Below are positions 30,894 to 41,208 of a stretch of DNA of 64,000 nt, one piece after another (the stretch's first letter is position 1; every line of letters starts with the position of its first letter). The stretch is from NCBI GenBank assembly GCA_965237415.1, contig CBDEFM010000002.1, positions 2,720,001-2,784,000 of the forward strand, given 5' to 3'. The notes under the pieces were generated by a model. That model made no database searches. It was given only the letters and a program-made list of their open reading frames with translations, and was not told the origin of the DNA. The DNA is from Alphaproteobacteria bacterium. Its GTDB lineage: Bacteria; Pseudomonadota; Alphaproteobacteria; UBA828. A program made the translations under genes and the position numbers.

Positions 30894-32915
30894 ATGCCAG
30901 GCGAGAAGGAAGTTCTCAAGACCACCTGCCCGCGCGATTGCTACGACGCCTGCGGCATCGTCGCGATCAAGCGCGACGGTGCCATAACCCGCGTGCTCGG
31001 CGACCCGGACCACCCCGTGAGCCGGGGCGCGCTCTGCGGCAAGTGCGCGCTTGCCTATAACGGCGTCTTCCGCGACCCCGAGGCACGGCTGCTGACGCCG
31101 CTGAAGCGCGCCGGCGCCAAGGGCGAGGGGCGCTTCGAGCCGGTCTCGTGGGACGAAGCGATCGGCGCGATCGCGGCGCGCTTCAAGCAGATCGCCGAGG
31201 GCGACGGCGCCGACAGGATCGTACACGCCCACTACACCGGCACCTGTTCGCTGATCGCCAACAACTTCCCGATGCGCTTCCTGGGCCGCCTCGGCGCCCG
31301 CGAGGTGGAGCCCGACACGGTGTGCAACATGGCGGGCCACGTGGCGCTCGACTATGTGATCGGCACGTCGGTGATCGGCTTCGACCCTCGCACCGCCAAG
31401 GACGCGCACTCGATTCTCGTCTGGGGCGCGAACCCGTCGGCGTCCGCGCCCCATCAGCACAAGCACTGGCTGAAGGAGGCGCCGGGGACGGTAATCGTCG
31501 TCGACCCGGTGCGCCACCCGACCGCCGAGCAGGCCGACCTGCACCTCCAGCCCTTCCCCGGCAGCGATGCGGCGCTGGCCTTCGCCATGGTCCACGTGCT
31601 GGTCCGCGACGGGCTGATCGACCGTGCCTTCCTCGACGCGCACACCGTAGGCTGGGATGAGCTGGAGCCCGCCGTCGCCCCCTGCACGCCGGCCTGGGGC
31701 GAGGCCCGCACCGGCGTGCCGGCAGCAGAGATCGAGGAAGCGGCGCGGATCTACGGTTCAGGCCCCGCGCTTCTCTGGCTCGGCCAGGGGCTGCAACGGC
31801 AAGCGATGGGCGGCAACGTGATGCGCGCTTGCGCGCTGTTGCCGGCGGTGACCGGCAATTACGGCAAGCCCGGCGCCGGGATGCTCTACCTCAACGGCGG
31901 CGGGCGCAAGGGGGTGGACGGCGATTACCTGAGCGGCGCGGCGCTGAGCCAGAGCCCGCCGAGCTTCAGCCAGATGGAGCTCGCGGCGCGGCTGGAAGAT
32001 CCGGCGGACATCCAGGCCTTTCTCTGTTGGAACATCAACCCGGCCGCCTCCAGCCCCGAGCAGGCCAGGTTCCGCCGGGCGCTGATGCGCGACGACCTCT
32101 TCACGGTCGTCGTCGACATCTTCCAGACCGATACGGCGGACTATGCCGATTACGTGCTGCCGGCGGCGTCGTTCCTCGAATTCGACGATCTGGTCTCGGG
32201 CTACTTCAACCTCTCGTTCTCCGCCCAGGCCAAGCTGCAGGAGCCGCTCGGCCAATCGCTCCCCAATCAGGAGATTTTTCGACGCCTCGCCCGCGCCATG
32301 GGCTACGCCGAACCTGAACTCTACGAGGACGACGCGGCGATCATCGCGGAGATCATGGGCCAGGTGGGCGTCGCGGGCTCCTTCGACGACTTCAAGAGGG
32401 TCGGCACGGTGTTCCCTGACGCGGCGCCCGTGATCCAGTTCGAGGGCCTCGCCTTCCCGACGCCGAGCGGCAAGATCGAGATCGCGTCCGCCCGCGCGGA
32501 GGCCGCCGGCCACCCGCGCCTGCCGCTCGCCGAGGCCGACCCTAAGCCGGAGAACGGCAGGCTGCGCCTGCTCTCGCCGGCCTCGCCCTGGCTCATGAAC
32601 GATTCCTACGCCAACGACCGGCGGATCGCGGATCGCCTCGGTGCCGCAACGGTGACGCTCCACCCTTCGGACGCGGCGGCCCGTGGCCTGACGGAAGGGC
32701 AGCGGGTGCGGCTCAGCAACGAGACCGGCAGCCTGGAGCTTGCGCTGGCTGTTGCCGAGACGATTCCGCAGGGCGTGGCGCTCAGCCCCAAGGGCCGCTG
32801 GCCGCGCCAGGAGGGCACGCGCGCCAACGTCAATGTCCTCAATCCCGGCATCAAGTCGGACATGGGGGAGAGCACCTGCGTGCACGGGGTCGAGGTCGAG
32901 ATCGCCGCCGTTTGA
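30894..32915 (+). CDS. Molybdopterin (bis-MGD) oxidoreductase, cytoplasmic, uncharacterised subfamily
   Basis: CPRDCYDAC...LCGKC Fe-S motif, WGANP, TDTADYADYVLPAA, FPTPSGKIE; no Tat signal. Confidence 0.92.
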   Translation: MPGEKEVLKTTCPRDCYDACGIVAIKRDGAITRVLGDPDHPVSRGALCGKCALAYNGVFRDPEARLLTPLKRAGAKGEGRFEPVSWDEAIGAIAARFKQIAEGDGADRIVHAHYTGTCSLIANNFPMRFLGRLGAREVEPDTVCNMAGHVALDYVIGTSVIGFDPRTAKDAHSILVWGANPSASAPHQHKHWLKEAPGTVIVVDPVRHPTAEQADLHLQPFPGSDAALAFAMVHVLVRDGLIDRAFLDAHTVGWDELEPAVAPCTPAWGEARTGVPAAEIEEAARIYGSGPALLWLGQGLQRQAMGGNVMRACALLPAVTGNYGKPGAGMLYLNGGGRKGVDGDYLSGAALSQSPPSFSQMELAARLEDPADIQAFLCWNINPAASSPEQARFRRALMRDDLFTVVVDIFQTDTADYADYVLPAASFLEFDDLVSGYFNLSFSAQAKLQEPLGQSLPNQEIFRRLARAMGYAEPELYEDDAAIIAEIMGQVGVAGSFDDFKRVGTVFPDAAPVIQFEGLAFPTPSGKIEIASARAEAAGHPRLPLAEADPKPENGRLRLLSPASPWLMNDSYANDRRIADRLGAATVTLHPSDAAARGLTEGQRVRLSNETGSLELALAVAETIPQGVALSPKGRWPRQEGTRANVNVLNPGIKSDMGESTCVHGVEVEIAAV

Positions 32916-33016
32916 ACCCGAGCCCGCCCGAGCAAACAAAAGCGCTGTCGCCGTAGACCGGGCTTCGGTCTAAGCTGTCGCCCCCGCCGCCGCCCTCAGC
33001 CTGAGAGAACACCGCC

Positions 33017-33832
33017 ATGTCTGGAGCCGTTCACGCACCGATTAACTACATCCTGGCGACCGGCGAGAAGCCGGTCACCTACATCTCCGTGCCGGGGAAC
33101 AAGACGGCGCAGCGCGAGGCCGAATATCAGAAGGTCGAGGTCACAATTCGCGACGCCCGCGCGGCCAATGGCGCCTTCGACCTGGAGCGGGAGGGATTCA
33201 CCCTCACGACGGAGGGAAGCGCGGTCTCCGACTTCTTCGACGACGACGAGGTACAGGAGGTCTACAGCCCGGAGGTCGAGCGCCTCGTGAAGCAGGCGAG
33301 CGGCGCCGCCGAGGTTTTGGTCTTCGACCACACCATCCGCGTCGCCGATGACTCGGTGCGGAGCGAGCGGAAGGTGCGCGAGCCCGTGCATGTCGCGCAC
33401 AACGACTACACCAACCGCTCGGCCCCGCAGCGGGTGCGCGACCTGCTGCCGGCGGATCGCGCGGAGGAACTGCTCCAGCACCGTTTCGCCGTCGTGCAGA
33501 TCTGGCGGCCGATCGCGGGCCCGGTGCAGGACAGGCCGCTCGCCATCTGCGACGCCCAGAGCATCGATGCGGGGGACTTCGTGCTGACCGATCTCGTCTA
33601 TTCGGATCGCGTCGGCGAGGTGATGCAGCTCAGCCACAATCCCGGCCACCGTTGGTTCTACTTTCCCGAGATGGACCCGGGAGAGGTGCTGATCTTCAAG
33701 ACCTACGACTCGCTCGCCGACGGACGGGCGCGCTTTACCGCCCACACGGCGTTCGTCAATCCCACGGCGCCGGCGGACGCACGCCCGCGCCAGAGCATCG
33801 AATCCCGCACCCTCGCCTTCTTCGCACCCTGA
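33017..33832 (+). CDS. CmcJ/NvfI/AsaB-family non-heme oxidoreductase
   Basis: FDHTIR, HNDYT, WRP, PLAICD, HTAF, RQSIESR. Confidence 0.85.
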   Translation: MSGAVHAPINYILATGEKPVTYISVPGNKTAQREAEYQKVEVTIRDARAANGAFDLEREGFTLTTEGSAVSDFFDDDEVQEVYSPEVERLVKQASGAAEVLVFDHTIRVADDSVRSERKVREPVHVAHNDYTNRSAPQRVRDLLPADRAEELLQHRFAVVQIWRPIAGPVQDRPLAICDAQSIDAGDFVLTDLVYSDRVGEVMQLSHNPGHRWFYFPEMDPGEVLIFKTYDSLADGRARFTAHTAFVNPTAPADARPRQSIESRTLAFFAP

Positions 33833-33852
33833 GAGCAGGGCGCCGATAGGCG

Positions 33853-35334
33853 ATGACGGAGGCGGACGGCTCCCTCGCTGACGGCAGCAACAGGCCGGTC
33901 CTCACCGTCGGCGAGCTGTCGCAGGCGCTCAAGCGCGTGGTCGAGGGCGAGTTCGCCTGGGTCAGCGTGCGGGGCGAGGTCTCGGGCTTCAAGCGCGCCG
34001 CATCGGGCCATCTCTACTTCGCGCTCAAGGATGCGGACGCGGTGCTGGACGCGGTCTGCTGGCGCGGCACCGCCGGGCGGCTCGGGATCGCGCCCGAAGA
34101 CGGGCTCGAGGTCATCGCCACCGGCAAGATCAGCACGTATCCGGGGCGCTCACGCTATCAGATCGTGGTCGAGCGGCTGGAGCTGTCCGGTGCAGGCGCC
34201 CTGCTCGCGCTGCTGGAGGCGCGCAAGAAGGCGCTCGCCGCCGAGGGCCTCTTCGACGAGGCGCGCAAGCGCGAGCTGCCCTACTTGCCCGAGACCATCG
34301 GCGTCGTGACCTCGCCCACGGGCGCGGTGATCCGCGACATCCTGCATCGAATCGAGGACCGCTTTCCCCGCCGGGTGCTGGTCTGGCCGGTCACGGTCCA
34401 AGGCGCGGGCGCGGCGGAGGAGATCGCTGCCGCGATCGCGGGCTTCAACCGCCTCGATGCAGCCACGCCGGTGCCGCGGCCCGACGTGCTGATCGTCGCC
34501 CGCGGCGGCGGCAGCCTGGAAGACCTCTGGGCCTTCAACGAGGAAGTCGTGGTGCGCGCCGCGGCGGCGAGCGCCATCCCGCTGATCGCCGCCGTGGGGC
34601 ACGAGACCGACGTGACGCTGATCGACCTTGCCGCCGACCTCCGGGCGCCGACGCCGACCGCGGCCGCCGAGATCGCCGTGCCGGTGCGCGCCGACCTCTT
34701 GGAGCGTACGCACACCCTAGAGCATCGGATCGGTGCGTCGTTCCGCCGGCTGATCGCCGAGCGGCGCGCGCGCGTGGATGGGCTCGGGCGTGGCCTACCG
34801 GCGGCGCGGGACCGGCTGACCACCGCGAGCCAGCGACTCGACGACTGGTCGGAGCGGCTCGCCCGCGGGGTGCGCGGCCGACTCGGGACCGAGCGCCAGG
34901 CCCTCGGCCGGCTGAGGCCGCTCAGGCCGCGCCAACTCCTCGCCCTCAAGCGCCAGCAGCTCGCGCACGCCACCGGTCGCCTCTCGGCCGAGCGCCCCGC
35001 CGCTCGCGTAAGCCAAGCACGCCAGGCGAGCGACCTGCTGGCGGAGCGGCTTGGCCGCGCCGGGCACGCGGCGTTGAACGAGCGGTCGGCACGGGTCGAG
35101 ACGGCGGCGCGGCTGCTCGAAAGCTATTCCCATCGAGGCGTTCTTGCGCGCGGCTTCGCTGTCGTGCGCGACCAGCGGGAGCGGCCCGTGACCAGCGCGG
35201 CAGCGGTGAAGCCGGGCGCCGCACTCTCTCTCGAATTCCACGATGGCCGCGCCGCCGCCCGCGCCACCGGCCGGCCCAAGCCCCGCAAGGCCGAACGGGA
35301 CGAGGACGACGGCGGGCAGGCGCCGTTGCTCTGA
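33853..35334 (+). CDS. xseA: Exodeoxyribonuclease VII large subunit
   Basis: SGHLYFALKD, VTSPTGAVIRD, ARGGGSLEDLWAFN, AVGHETD. Confidence 0.97.
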   Translation: MTEADGSLADGSNRPVLTVGELSQALKRVVEGEFAWVSVRGEVSGFKRAASGHLYFALKDADAVLDAVCWRGTAGRLGIAPEDGLEVIATGKISTYPGRSRYQIVVERLELSGAGALLALLEARKKALAAEGLFDEARKRELPYLPETIGVVTSPTGAVIRDILHRIEDRFPRRVLVWPVTVQGAGAAEEIAAAIAGFNRLDAATPVPRPDVLIVARGGGSLEDLWAFNEEVVVRAAAASAIPLIAAVGHETDVTLIDLAADLRAPTPTAAAEIAVPVRADLLERTHTLEHRIGASFRRLIAERRARVDGLGRGLPAARDRLTTASQRLDDWSERLARGVRGRLGTERQALGRLRPLRPRQLLALKRQQLAHATGRLSAERPAARVSQARQASDLLAERLGRAGHAALNERSARVETAARLLESYSHRGVLARGFAVVRDQRERPVTSAAAVKPGAALSLEFHDGRAAARATGRPKPRKAERDEDDGGQAPLL

Positions 35335-35424
35335 GGGCTGGCGCCCGAGCTTGCTTGCGTGCGCGCAGGTGCGTCGCCACTATGACCACACGATGAAGCT
35401 CTGGATCGAGCCGGCGGAGGCGCG

Positions 35425-36225
35425 ATGAAGATCGGCATCCCGGGTGCCGCTGGGCGCATGGGCCAGGCGCTGGCCCGTCAGGTTGAGGCCACGGAAGGCT
35501 GCACTCTGGTCGCGGCGACCGAAGTTTCCGACCATCCCGCGCTCGGCAGGGACTGCGGCGCCCTTGCCGGGATCGAGCCGCTAGGCGTCGCGGTGAGCGA
35601 CGATCCGCAGGCGATGTTCCGCGCTGCCGATGCGGTGCTCGACTTCACCCTGCCGGGCGCCACCGCCGGCCACGCCGCGCTCGCGGCCGCCGAGGGCACG
35701 ATCCTCGTCGTCGGCACCACCGGCATCGGCGAGGCCGAGCAGGCCGCGCTCAAGGAGGCGGCGGCGCAAACTGCCGTGGTGCAGGCGCCCAACATGAGCC
35801 TCGCCGTCAATCTGCTGATGCGTCTCACCGAGCAGGTCGCGGGCCTCTTGGACGCCGATTACGACATCGAGATCGTCGAGATGCACCATCGGCACAAGAT
35901 CGACGCGCCCTCCGGCACGGCTTTGGGTCTGGGCCGGGCGGCGGCGCGCGCGCGGGGAGTCTCGTTCGATGAGGTCGCAGCACGCGGCCGCGACGGCGTG
36001 ACCGGCGCGCGACCGCGTGGCGAGATCGGCTTCGCCGCGCTGCGCGGCGGCGATGTGGTGGGCGAGCACAGCGTGATCTTCGCGGCGGACGGCGAGCGGC
36101 TGGAGCTGACCTGCCGTTCGGCGAACCGCCAGACCTATGCCCGAGGTGCTCTCCAGGCGGCGCGCTGGGCAGAGGGGCGGGGACCGGGCCTCTACACGAT
36201 GGCCGACGTGCTCGGCCTCACCTGA
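35425..36225 (+). CDS. dapB: 4-hydroxy-tetrahydrodipicolinate reductase
   Basis: GAAGRMG, GTTG, EMHHRHKIDAPSGTA. Confidence 0.97.
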   Translation: MKIGIPGAAGRMGQALARQVEATEGCTLVAATEVSDHPALGRDCGALAGIEPLGVAVSDDPQAMFRAADAVLDFTLPGATAGHAALAAAEGTILVVGTTGIGEAEQAALKEAAAQTAVVQAPNMSLAVNLLMRLTEQVAGLLDADYDIEIVEMHHRHKIDAPSGTALGLGRAAARARGVSFDEVAARGRDGVTGARPRGEIGFAALRGGDVVGEHSVIFAADGERLELTCRSANRQTYARGALQAARWAEGRGPGLYTMADVLGLT

Positions 36226-36257
36226 GTGCCTGTGGCGCCAATCGCAGGCGCCGGGGC

Positions 36258-37145
36258 CTACACCTGCTTGGCGTCGATGACGCCGCGCCGGATCGTGCGG
36301 GTGCGGGTGAAGAGCGCCTCCAGGTGGGTGCCGTCGCCCCGGCGGATGGCGCGCTGGAGGGCCGAGAGATCCTCGCTGAAGCGGCCCAGCATCTCCAGCA
36401 CCGCGCCCCGGTTGTTGAGGAAGACATCGCGCCACATGATCGGGTCCGACGCGGCGAGGCGAGTGAAATCGCGGAAGCCGCCGGCCGCATACTTGAAGAC
36501 CTCGTGCCTGGTCTCTTCCTCGAGGTCGGTGACCGTGCCGACGATGTTGTAGGCGATCAGGTGCGGCAGGTGGGAGGTGATGGCGAGCACCAGGTCGTGG
36601 TGCGCGGCGTCCATCATCTCGATTTTCATGCCGGCCATGCGCCAGAGTGCGGCGATCCGCTCCACCGCTGCGGGGTCCGCGTCCGGCGCCGGGGTCAGGA
36701 TGCACCAGCGGCCCTCGAACATCTCGGCGAACCCGGCCTCGGGCCCCGAATGCTCGGTGCCTGCGACCGGATGGCCGGGGATCAGGTGGACGCCGGCAGG
36801 CACATGCGGCCCGACCGCCGCGAACACGGCGCTCTTGACCGAGCCGACGTCCGTCAGAATCGCGCCTTCGGCCAGGTGCGGCCCGATTCTTGCCGCGAGC
36901 GGCGCGAATGTGCCGACCGGCGAGCCCAGCACCACGAGGTCGCAGCCTTCGACCGCTTCGACGGGGTCGAGCGTCACCCGGTCGGCGAAGCCGAGCCTCA
37001 TGGCCGTGTCGAGAGTCGCCTGGCTCCGGGCACAGCCCACGATCTCGGTCGCGGGTGCCTTCTCACGAAGGACCCGCGCGAGCGAGGAGTTGACCAGGCC
37101 GAGGCCGATCAGTGCGACGCGCGAGAAGGGCTCGGGCTCGCTCAC
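36258..37145 (-). CDS. tyrC: Prephenate/arogenate (cyclohexadienyl) dehydrogenase
   Basis: DVGSVK, HPVAGTE, SHLPH, GFRDFTR. Confidence 0.93.
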   Translation of the reverse strand: MSEPEPFSRVALIGLGLVNSSLARVLREKAPATEIVGCARSQATLDTAMRLGFADRVTLDPVEAVEGCDLVVLGSPVGTFAPLAARIGPHLAEGAILTDVGSVKSAVFAAVGPHVPAGVHLIPGHPVAGTEHSGPEAGFAEMFEGRWCILTPAPDADPAAVERIAALWRMAGMKIEMMDAAHHDLVLAITSHLPHLIAYNIVGTVTDLEEETRHEVFKYAAGGFRDFTRLAASDPIMWRDVFLNNRGAVLEMLGRFSEDLSALQRAIRRGDGTHLEALFTRTRTIRRGVIDAKQV

Positions 37146-38263
37146 CGTTCGCCGCCCGCCTCTGCCGCAGGCGCTGCCATGAAGGCCTCGAGCACCTGGG
37201 CCACGGCCTCATTCTCCGCCTCCAGGCCGACCGTGATCCTGAGGCAGTCGGCGAGGTGATAGGGCTCCATCCGACGGGCGACGACCCCGCGTTCGCTGAG
37301 AAAGCGATCGGCCGCCGCAGCGTCCCGGCCAGGCTCGTCCGGAAAGCGAACCAGCAGGAAGTTGCAGACGCTGGGAACGACCTGGAGCCCGGCGGCGGTG
37401 AGCCTGGCGGCCAGCGCATCGCGACATGCCTCGTTATGCCGGCAGGAGCGGACGATGTGATCCTGATCCTCAAGCGCGGCCAGAGCCGCAGCGAGCGCCG
37501 CGGCGTTGGCGTTGAAGGGGCCGCGGATGCGGTGCAGCACGTCGATAATGGCTTGCGGCGCGTAGGCCCAGCCGAGCCTGAGCGCCGCAAGCCCGTAAGC
37601 CTTTGAGAACGTGCGGGTCATCACCACGTTGGGCGCCATCCCGGCGAGGTCGAGGCTGGGATCGTAGTCGCCGTCGGTAACGAATTCAGCGTAGGCCGAA
37701 TCGACCACCAGCACGACATGCTCCGGCAGGCCGCCCCAGAGCCGGTGGAGCTCGCCCCTGGGAATGTAGGTCCCGGTCGGGTTGTTGGGGTTGGCGAGGA
37801 AGACGATCCGGGTCCGCTCGGTCACCCGGCCCAGGATCGCGTCGACATCAGCGGTGAACTCGGTCTCCGGCGCTACGACGGGCGTGGCGCCGACGGCAAG
37901 CGTGGCCAGCGGATAGACCAGAAATCCGTGACGGGAATAGATGATCTCGTCGCCCGGACCGGCATAGGCTTGAGCGAGAAGCTGGAGCAGCTCGTCCGAG
38001 CCGTTGCCGCAAACGATCCGTTCCGGATCGATTCCGTGCAGCGCGCCGAGCGCGGTGCGCAGATCCGTGGCTCCGCCGTCGGGGTAGCGGTGCAGCGTCC
38101 CTGCGAGCTCCCGGTACGCGGCCTGCGCCTTCGGGCTCGGGCCCAGCGCGGACTCGTTGGAGGAGAGCTTGATGGTGTTGGTGTGGCCGTCGGCGGTGGA
38201 GCGCCCGCCGACATAGGGCGAGATCTCCATGATCCCGGGACGTGGGGTCGGATGGACCGGCAT
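37142..38263 (-). CDS. hisC: Histidinol-phosphate aminotransferase
   Basis: KLSSNE, NPNNPTG, RTFSKAYGLAALRLG. Confidence 0.96.
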   Translation of the reverse strand: MPVHPTPRPGIMEISPYVGGRSTADGHTNTIKLSSNESALGPSPKAQAAYRELAGTLHRYPDGGATDLRTALGALHGIDPERIVCGNGSDELLQLLAQAYAGPGDEIIYSRHGFLVYPLATLAVGATPVVAPETEFTADVDAILGRVTERTRIVFLANPNNPTGTYIPRGELHRLWGGLPEHVVLVVDSAYAEFVTDGDYDPSLDLAGMAPNVVMTRTFSKAYGLAALRLGWAYAPQAIIDVLHRIRGPFNANAAALAAALAALEDQDHIVRSCRHNEACRDALAARLTAAGLQVVPSVCNFLLVRFPDEPGRDAAAADRFLSERGVVARRMEPYHLADCLRITVGLEAENEAVAQVLEAFMAAPAAEAGGER

Positions 38264-38281
38264 CGTCGTGCTCGCCGCTCG

Positions 38282-39196
38282 TCAGCCGTCGTGCCAGGGG
38301 GCAGGCGGCCTTGGATAGCTACCCAGCACCGCGATGCGCCCGACATCGTCGCCCAGCTGCTCGGCGAAGTCCCGCAGCCGCTCGTCCTCCTCAGCGACGA
38401 AGCCATCGGCCTCGATGAGTTGCCAGCGGCCCGGCACACGGTCGTCGCCGTGCCATGCAACGGAACCGGTCACCGCGATGCCGGCCACGGCGAGCGCTGA
38501 GCGGATGCGATCGCGGCTGATGGTGTCAGACGATTCGACCGCCATGAAGGAAACATCGTCGCCCGATGGCGCCGGCTGGGTCATGGCCACCACGAGCGCG
38601 CTGGTCTTGCCGGCGGAATTCCGCCCGCCCGCGAGCCAGGGCAGCCGGGAGACGATCATCGGGCGTTCCTCGTCGCTGACTGCGAGCGTCAGCCACCATG
38701 GCTCGGCGCTCACCCCGAAATCGCCGCTCATCGCGTCCGCAGGCACGGGCAAAACGCCGACCGACGCCTTGCCGTCGCGCACGCCGCGCAGCACGCCGCT
38801 TTCTGTCCGCGCGGTGAGCAACGGCGTTTCGGCGCCGAAATGGACCCGTGCGAGGTCGGGGAAGCGGCTTTCTTCGCTGGGCTCCTCGACCGTGAACACC
38901 GATACCGCGAAGCCGCCCTCGGCGAAGAGGGTCGCCGACATGATCTCGGACCAGATCCGCACGATGACGGGGAAGGGGAAGGGGCCCTCGTGGCGCGCCA
39001 TCAGCCGCCTCAGGATTGCGGCCTCGCGCGCCGGCCGCAACAGCGCGCCGGTGGCGCCGGCCGCACGCTTGGTCTCGCTGATGCGGTTGGCGAGCGCCAT
39101 GCGACGCATCAGCAGGTCGTGGATCGTATCGTCGATCTCGTCGATCTCGTCGCGCATGGCGGCGAGCGGAGACTCCTCCGGCGAAGGCCTGTTCAT
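38282..39196 (-). CDS. Chorismate mutase (AroQ domain plus degenerate PDT-like C-terminus)
   Basis: RDEIDEID...RPAREAAILRRL; C-terminal LGSYP; first gene of the CM-hisC-tyrC operon. Confidence 0.85.
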   Translation of the reverse strand: MNRPSPEESPLAAMRDEIDEIDDTIHDLLMRRMALANRISETKRAAGATGALLRPAREAAILRRLMARHEGPFPFPVIVRIWSEIMSATLFAEGGFAVSVFTVEEPSEESRFPDLARVHFGAETPLLTARTESGVLRGVRDGKASVGVLPVPADAMSGDFGVSAEPWWLTLAVSDEERPMIVSRLPWLAGGRNSAGKTSALVVAMTQPAPSGDDVSFMAVESSDTISRDRIRSALAVAGIAVTGSVAWHGDDRVPGRWQLIEADGFVAEEDERLRDFAEQLGDDVGRIAVLGSYPRPPAPWHDG

Positions 39197-39365
39197 GGCA
39201 TGGCTGACGTGGCTCAGGGGGTGGCGAGTCCTAGTCCATGAGCGTGGTAAAATCAAAGAGAACATTGACTTTCGAGTTCAAATCGCAACTGTCTGACCCC
39301 CTTTCGGCAATAGTTTCGGTACGCAATCCGATGGCGGGATGCGGCCGTGCAGAGCCCGACGAGCG

Positions 39366-40535
39366 ATGACCGCAATGCCCGAGAGCCAAGCTGCGGTGGA
39401 ACACGTGCAGACCGGCCTGAGCGTCGAGCTCGGCCGGGAGGTGCCGCTCGAGCTCGATTGCGGCGTCTCCCTCGGGCCCTTCACGCTCGCCTATCAGACC
39501 TACGGCACGCTCAATGCCGAGCGCTCCAACTCTGTGCTCCTCTGCCATGCGCTCACCGGCGACCAGTTCGTCCTCGGGCCCCATCCGGTTACCGGCAAGC
39601 CCGGCTGGTGGGAGATGATGGTAGGGCCGGGCAAGACATTCGACACCGATCGCTATTTCGTGATCTGCTGCAACGCGCTCGGCGGCTGCATGGGCACCAC
39701 GGGGCCGAAGGAGATCAACCCCGCCACAGGGCGCCCCTGGGGCCTCGACTTCCCGGTCATCACCATCCGCGACATGGTCAAGGCTCAGGCAATGCTGCTC
39801 GACCATCTGGGGATCGAGCAGCTTTTCTGCGTGTCCGGCGGCTCCATGGGCGGCATGCAGGCTTTGCAGTGGGTGGCGAGCTACCCCGAGCGCTGCTACA
39901 CCGCGGTGCCGATCGCCTGTGCCGCAAAGCATTCGGCCCAGAACATCGCGCTCAATGAAGTCGGCCGCCAGGCGATCATGGCCGATCCCGAATGGCGCGA
40001 GGGGCGCTATCAGGAACTCGGCACAAATCCGGTGGGTGGCCTCGCGGTGGCGCGCATGGCCGCGCACATCACCTATCTCTCGGAATCGGCGCTGCACCGG
40101 AAGTTTGGCCGCGCGCTCCAGGACAGGAGCAACGTCACCTACGGGTTCGATGCGGATTTTCAGGTCGAGAGCTACCTTCGCTATCAGGGACAAAGTTTCG
40201 TAGAGCGTTTCGACGCCAACTCCTACCTCTACATCACCCGGGCGATCGACTACTTCGATCTCGCGGCCGATTACGACGGCGTGCTGGCGAATGCGTTTCG
40301 CGGGGTCGAGACCCGCTTCTGCGTGATTTCCTTTACCAGCGACTGGCTTTATCCCACGTCGGAGAATCGCGCCATCGTGCGAGCGCTGGCCGCGGCCGCC
40401 GCCAACGTGAGCTTCGTCGAGGTGGTGAGCGACAAGGGGCACGATGCCTTCCTCCTCGACGAGCCGAACATGTTCGAGACATTGCGCGGGTTCCTGAGCG
40501 GTGCTGCCGCCAAGCGCGGGCTCCACAGCCCGTAA
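39366..40535 (+). CDS. metX: Homoserine O-acyltransferase
   Basis: HALTGD, GGSMGG, RFDANSY, GHDAFLL. Confidence 0.96.
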   Translation: MTAMPESQAAVEHVQTGLSVELGREVPLELDCGVSLGPFTLAYQTYGTLNAERSNSVLLCHALTGDQFVLGPHPVTGKPGWWEMMVGPGKTFDTDRYFVICCNALGGCMGTTGPKEINPATGRPWGLDFPVITIRDMVKAQAMLLDHLGIEQLFCVSGGSMGGMQALQWVASYPERCYTAVPIACAAKHSAQNIALNEVGRQAIMADPEWREGRYQELGTNPVGGLAVARMAAHITYLSESALHRKFGRALQDRSNVTYGFDADFQVESYLRYQGQSFVERFDANSYLYITRAIDYFDLAADYDGVLANAFRGVETRFCVISFTSDWLYPTSENRAIVRALAAAAANVSFVEVVSDKGHDAFLLDEPNMFETLRGFLSGAAAKRGLHSP

Positions 40536-40545
40536 GAACCGGTCC

Positions 40546-41208
40546 GTGAACGCAGGCCCGCGGCGCCAGGGCGCCCGCCCCGACCATCGCCTGATTGCCG
40601 AGCTGGTGGAGCCTGGCTCCAGGCTGCTCGACATCGGCTGCGGCGACGGCGCCCTGCTGGAGCTGCTCGCGCGCGAGAAGAACGTCGATGGCCGCGGCAT
40701 CGAGATCAGCCAGGAGGGCGTGAACGCCTCGGTGAGGCGCGGGCTCTCGGCCATCCAGGGGGATGCGGAGACCGACCTCGCCGACTACCCGGACGCAGCC
40801 TTCGATTACGTCGTGCTGAGCCAGACCCTGCCGGCGATCCGAGACCCCAGGAGCGTGTTGCTGGAACTGCTCAGGATCGGCCAGAGCGCGATCGTCTCGA
40901 TCCCCAATTTCGGGCATTGGCGCAACCGGCTGCATCTGCTGACCCGTGGCCGGATGCCGACGCCTCTGGGTTCCGGCGAGCTATGGTATGAGACGCCAAT
41001 GATCAGGCCCTGCACGATCAAGGACTTCGTGATGCTCTGCCGCGAGCTCGGAATCCGAATCGAGCGACGCACCCAGGTCGATTCGCGCGGCCGCGTGCGC
41101 CGCTTCACAGGCACCGGCCGCTTCGCCAACCTCTTCGGCGAGCAGGCGGTGTTCCTGCTCTCGGCCGATCCCGCGCGCGGCGCAGGCTCAGGGGCGGGAC
41201 GCCGGTAA
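40546..41208 (+). CDS. metW: Methionine biosynthesis protein MetW
   Basis: LDIGCGDG, FDYVVLSQTL, PNFGHW; downstream of metX. Confidence 0.93.
   Translation: MNAGPRRQGARPDHRLIAELVEPGSRLLDIGCGDGALLELLAREKNVDGRGIEISQEGVNASVRRGLSAIQGDAETDLADYPDAAFDYVVLSQTLPAIRDPRSVLLELLRIGQSAIVSIPNFGHWRNRLHLLTRGRMPTPLGSGELWYETPMIRPCTIKDFVMLCRELGIRIERRTQVDSRGRVRRFTGTGRFANLFGEQAVFLLSADPARGAGSGAGRR

Noticed and set aside
39197-39365. SAM-II (SAM-alpha) riboswitch upstream of metX
   Set aside because: Expected here in many alphaproteobacteria, but I could not find the GTGATTT...GCTAAA pattern; only a weak ATCAA-N8-TTGAC inverted repeat is visible.
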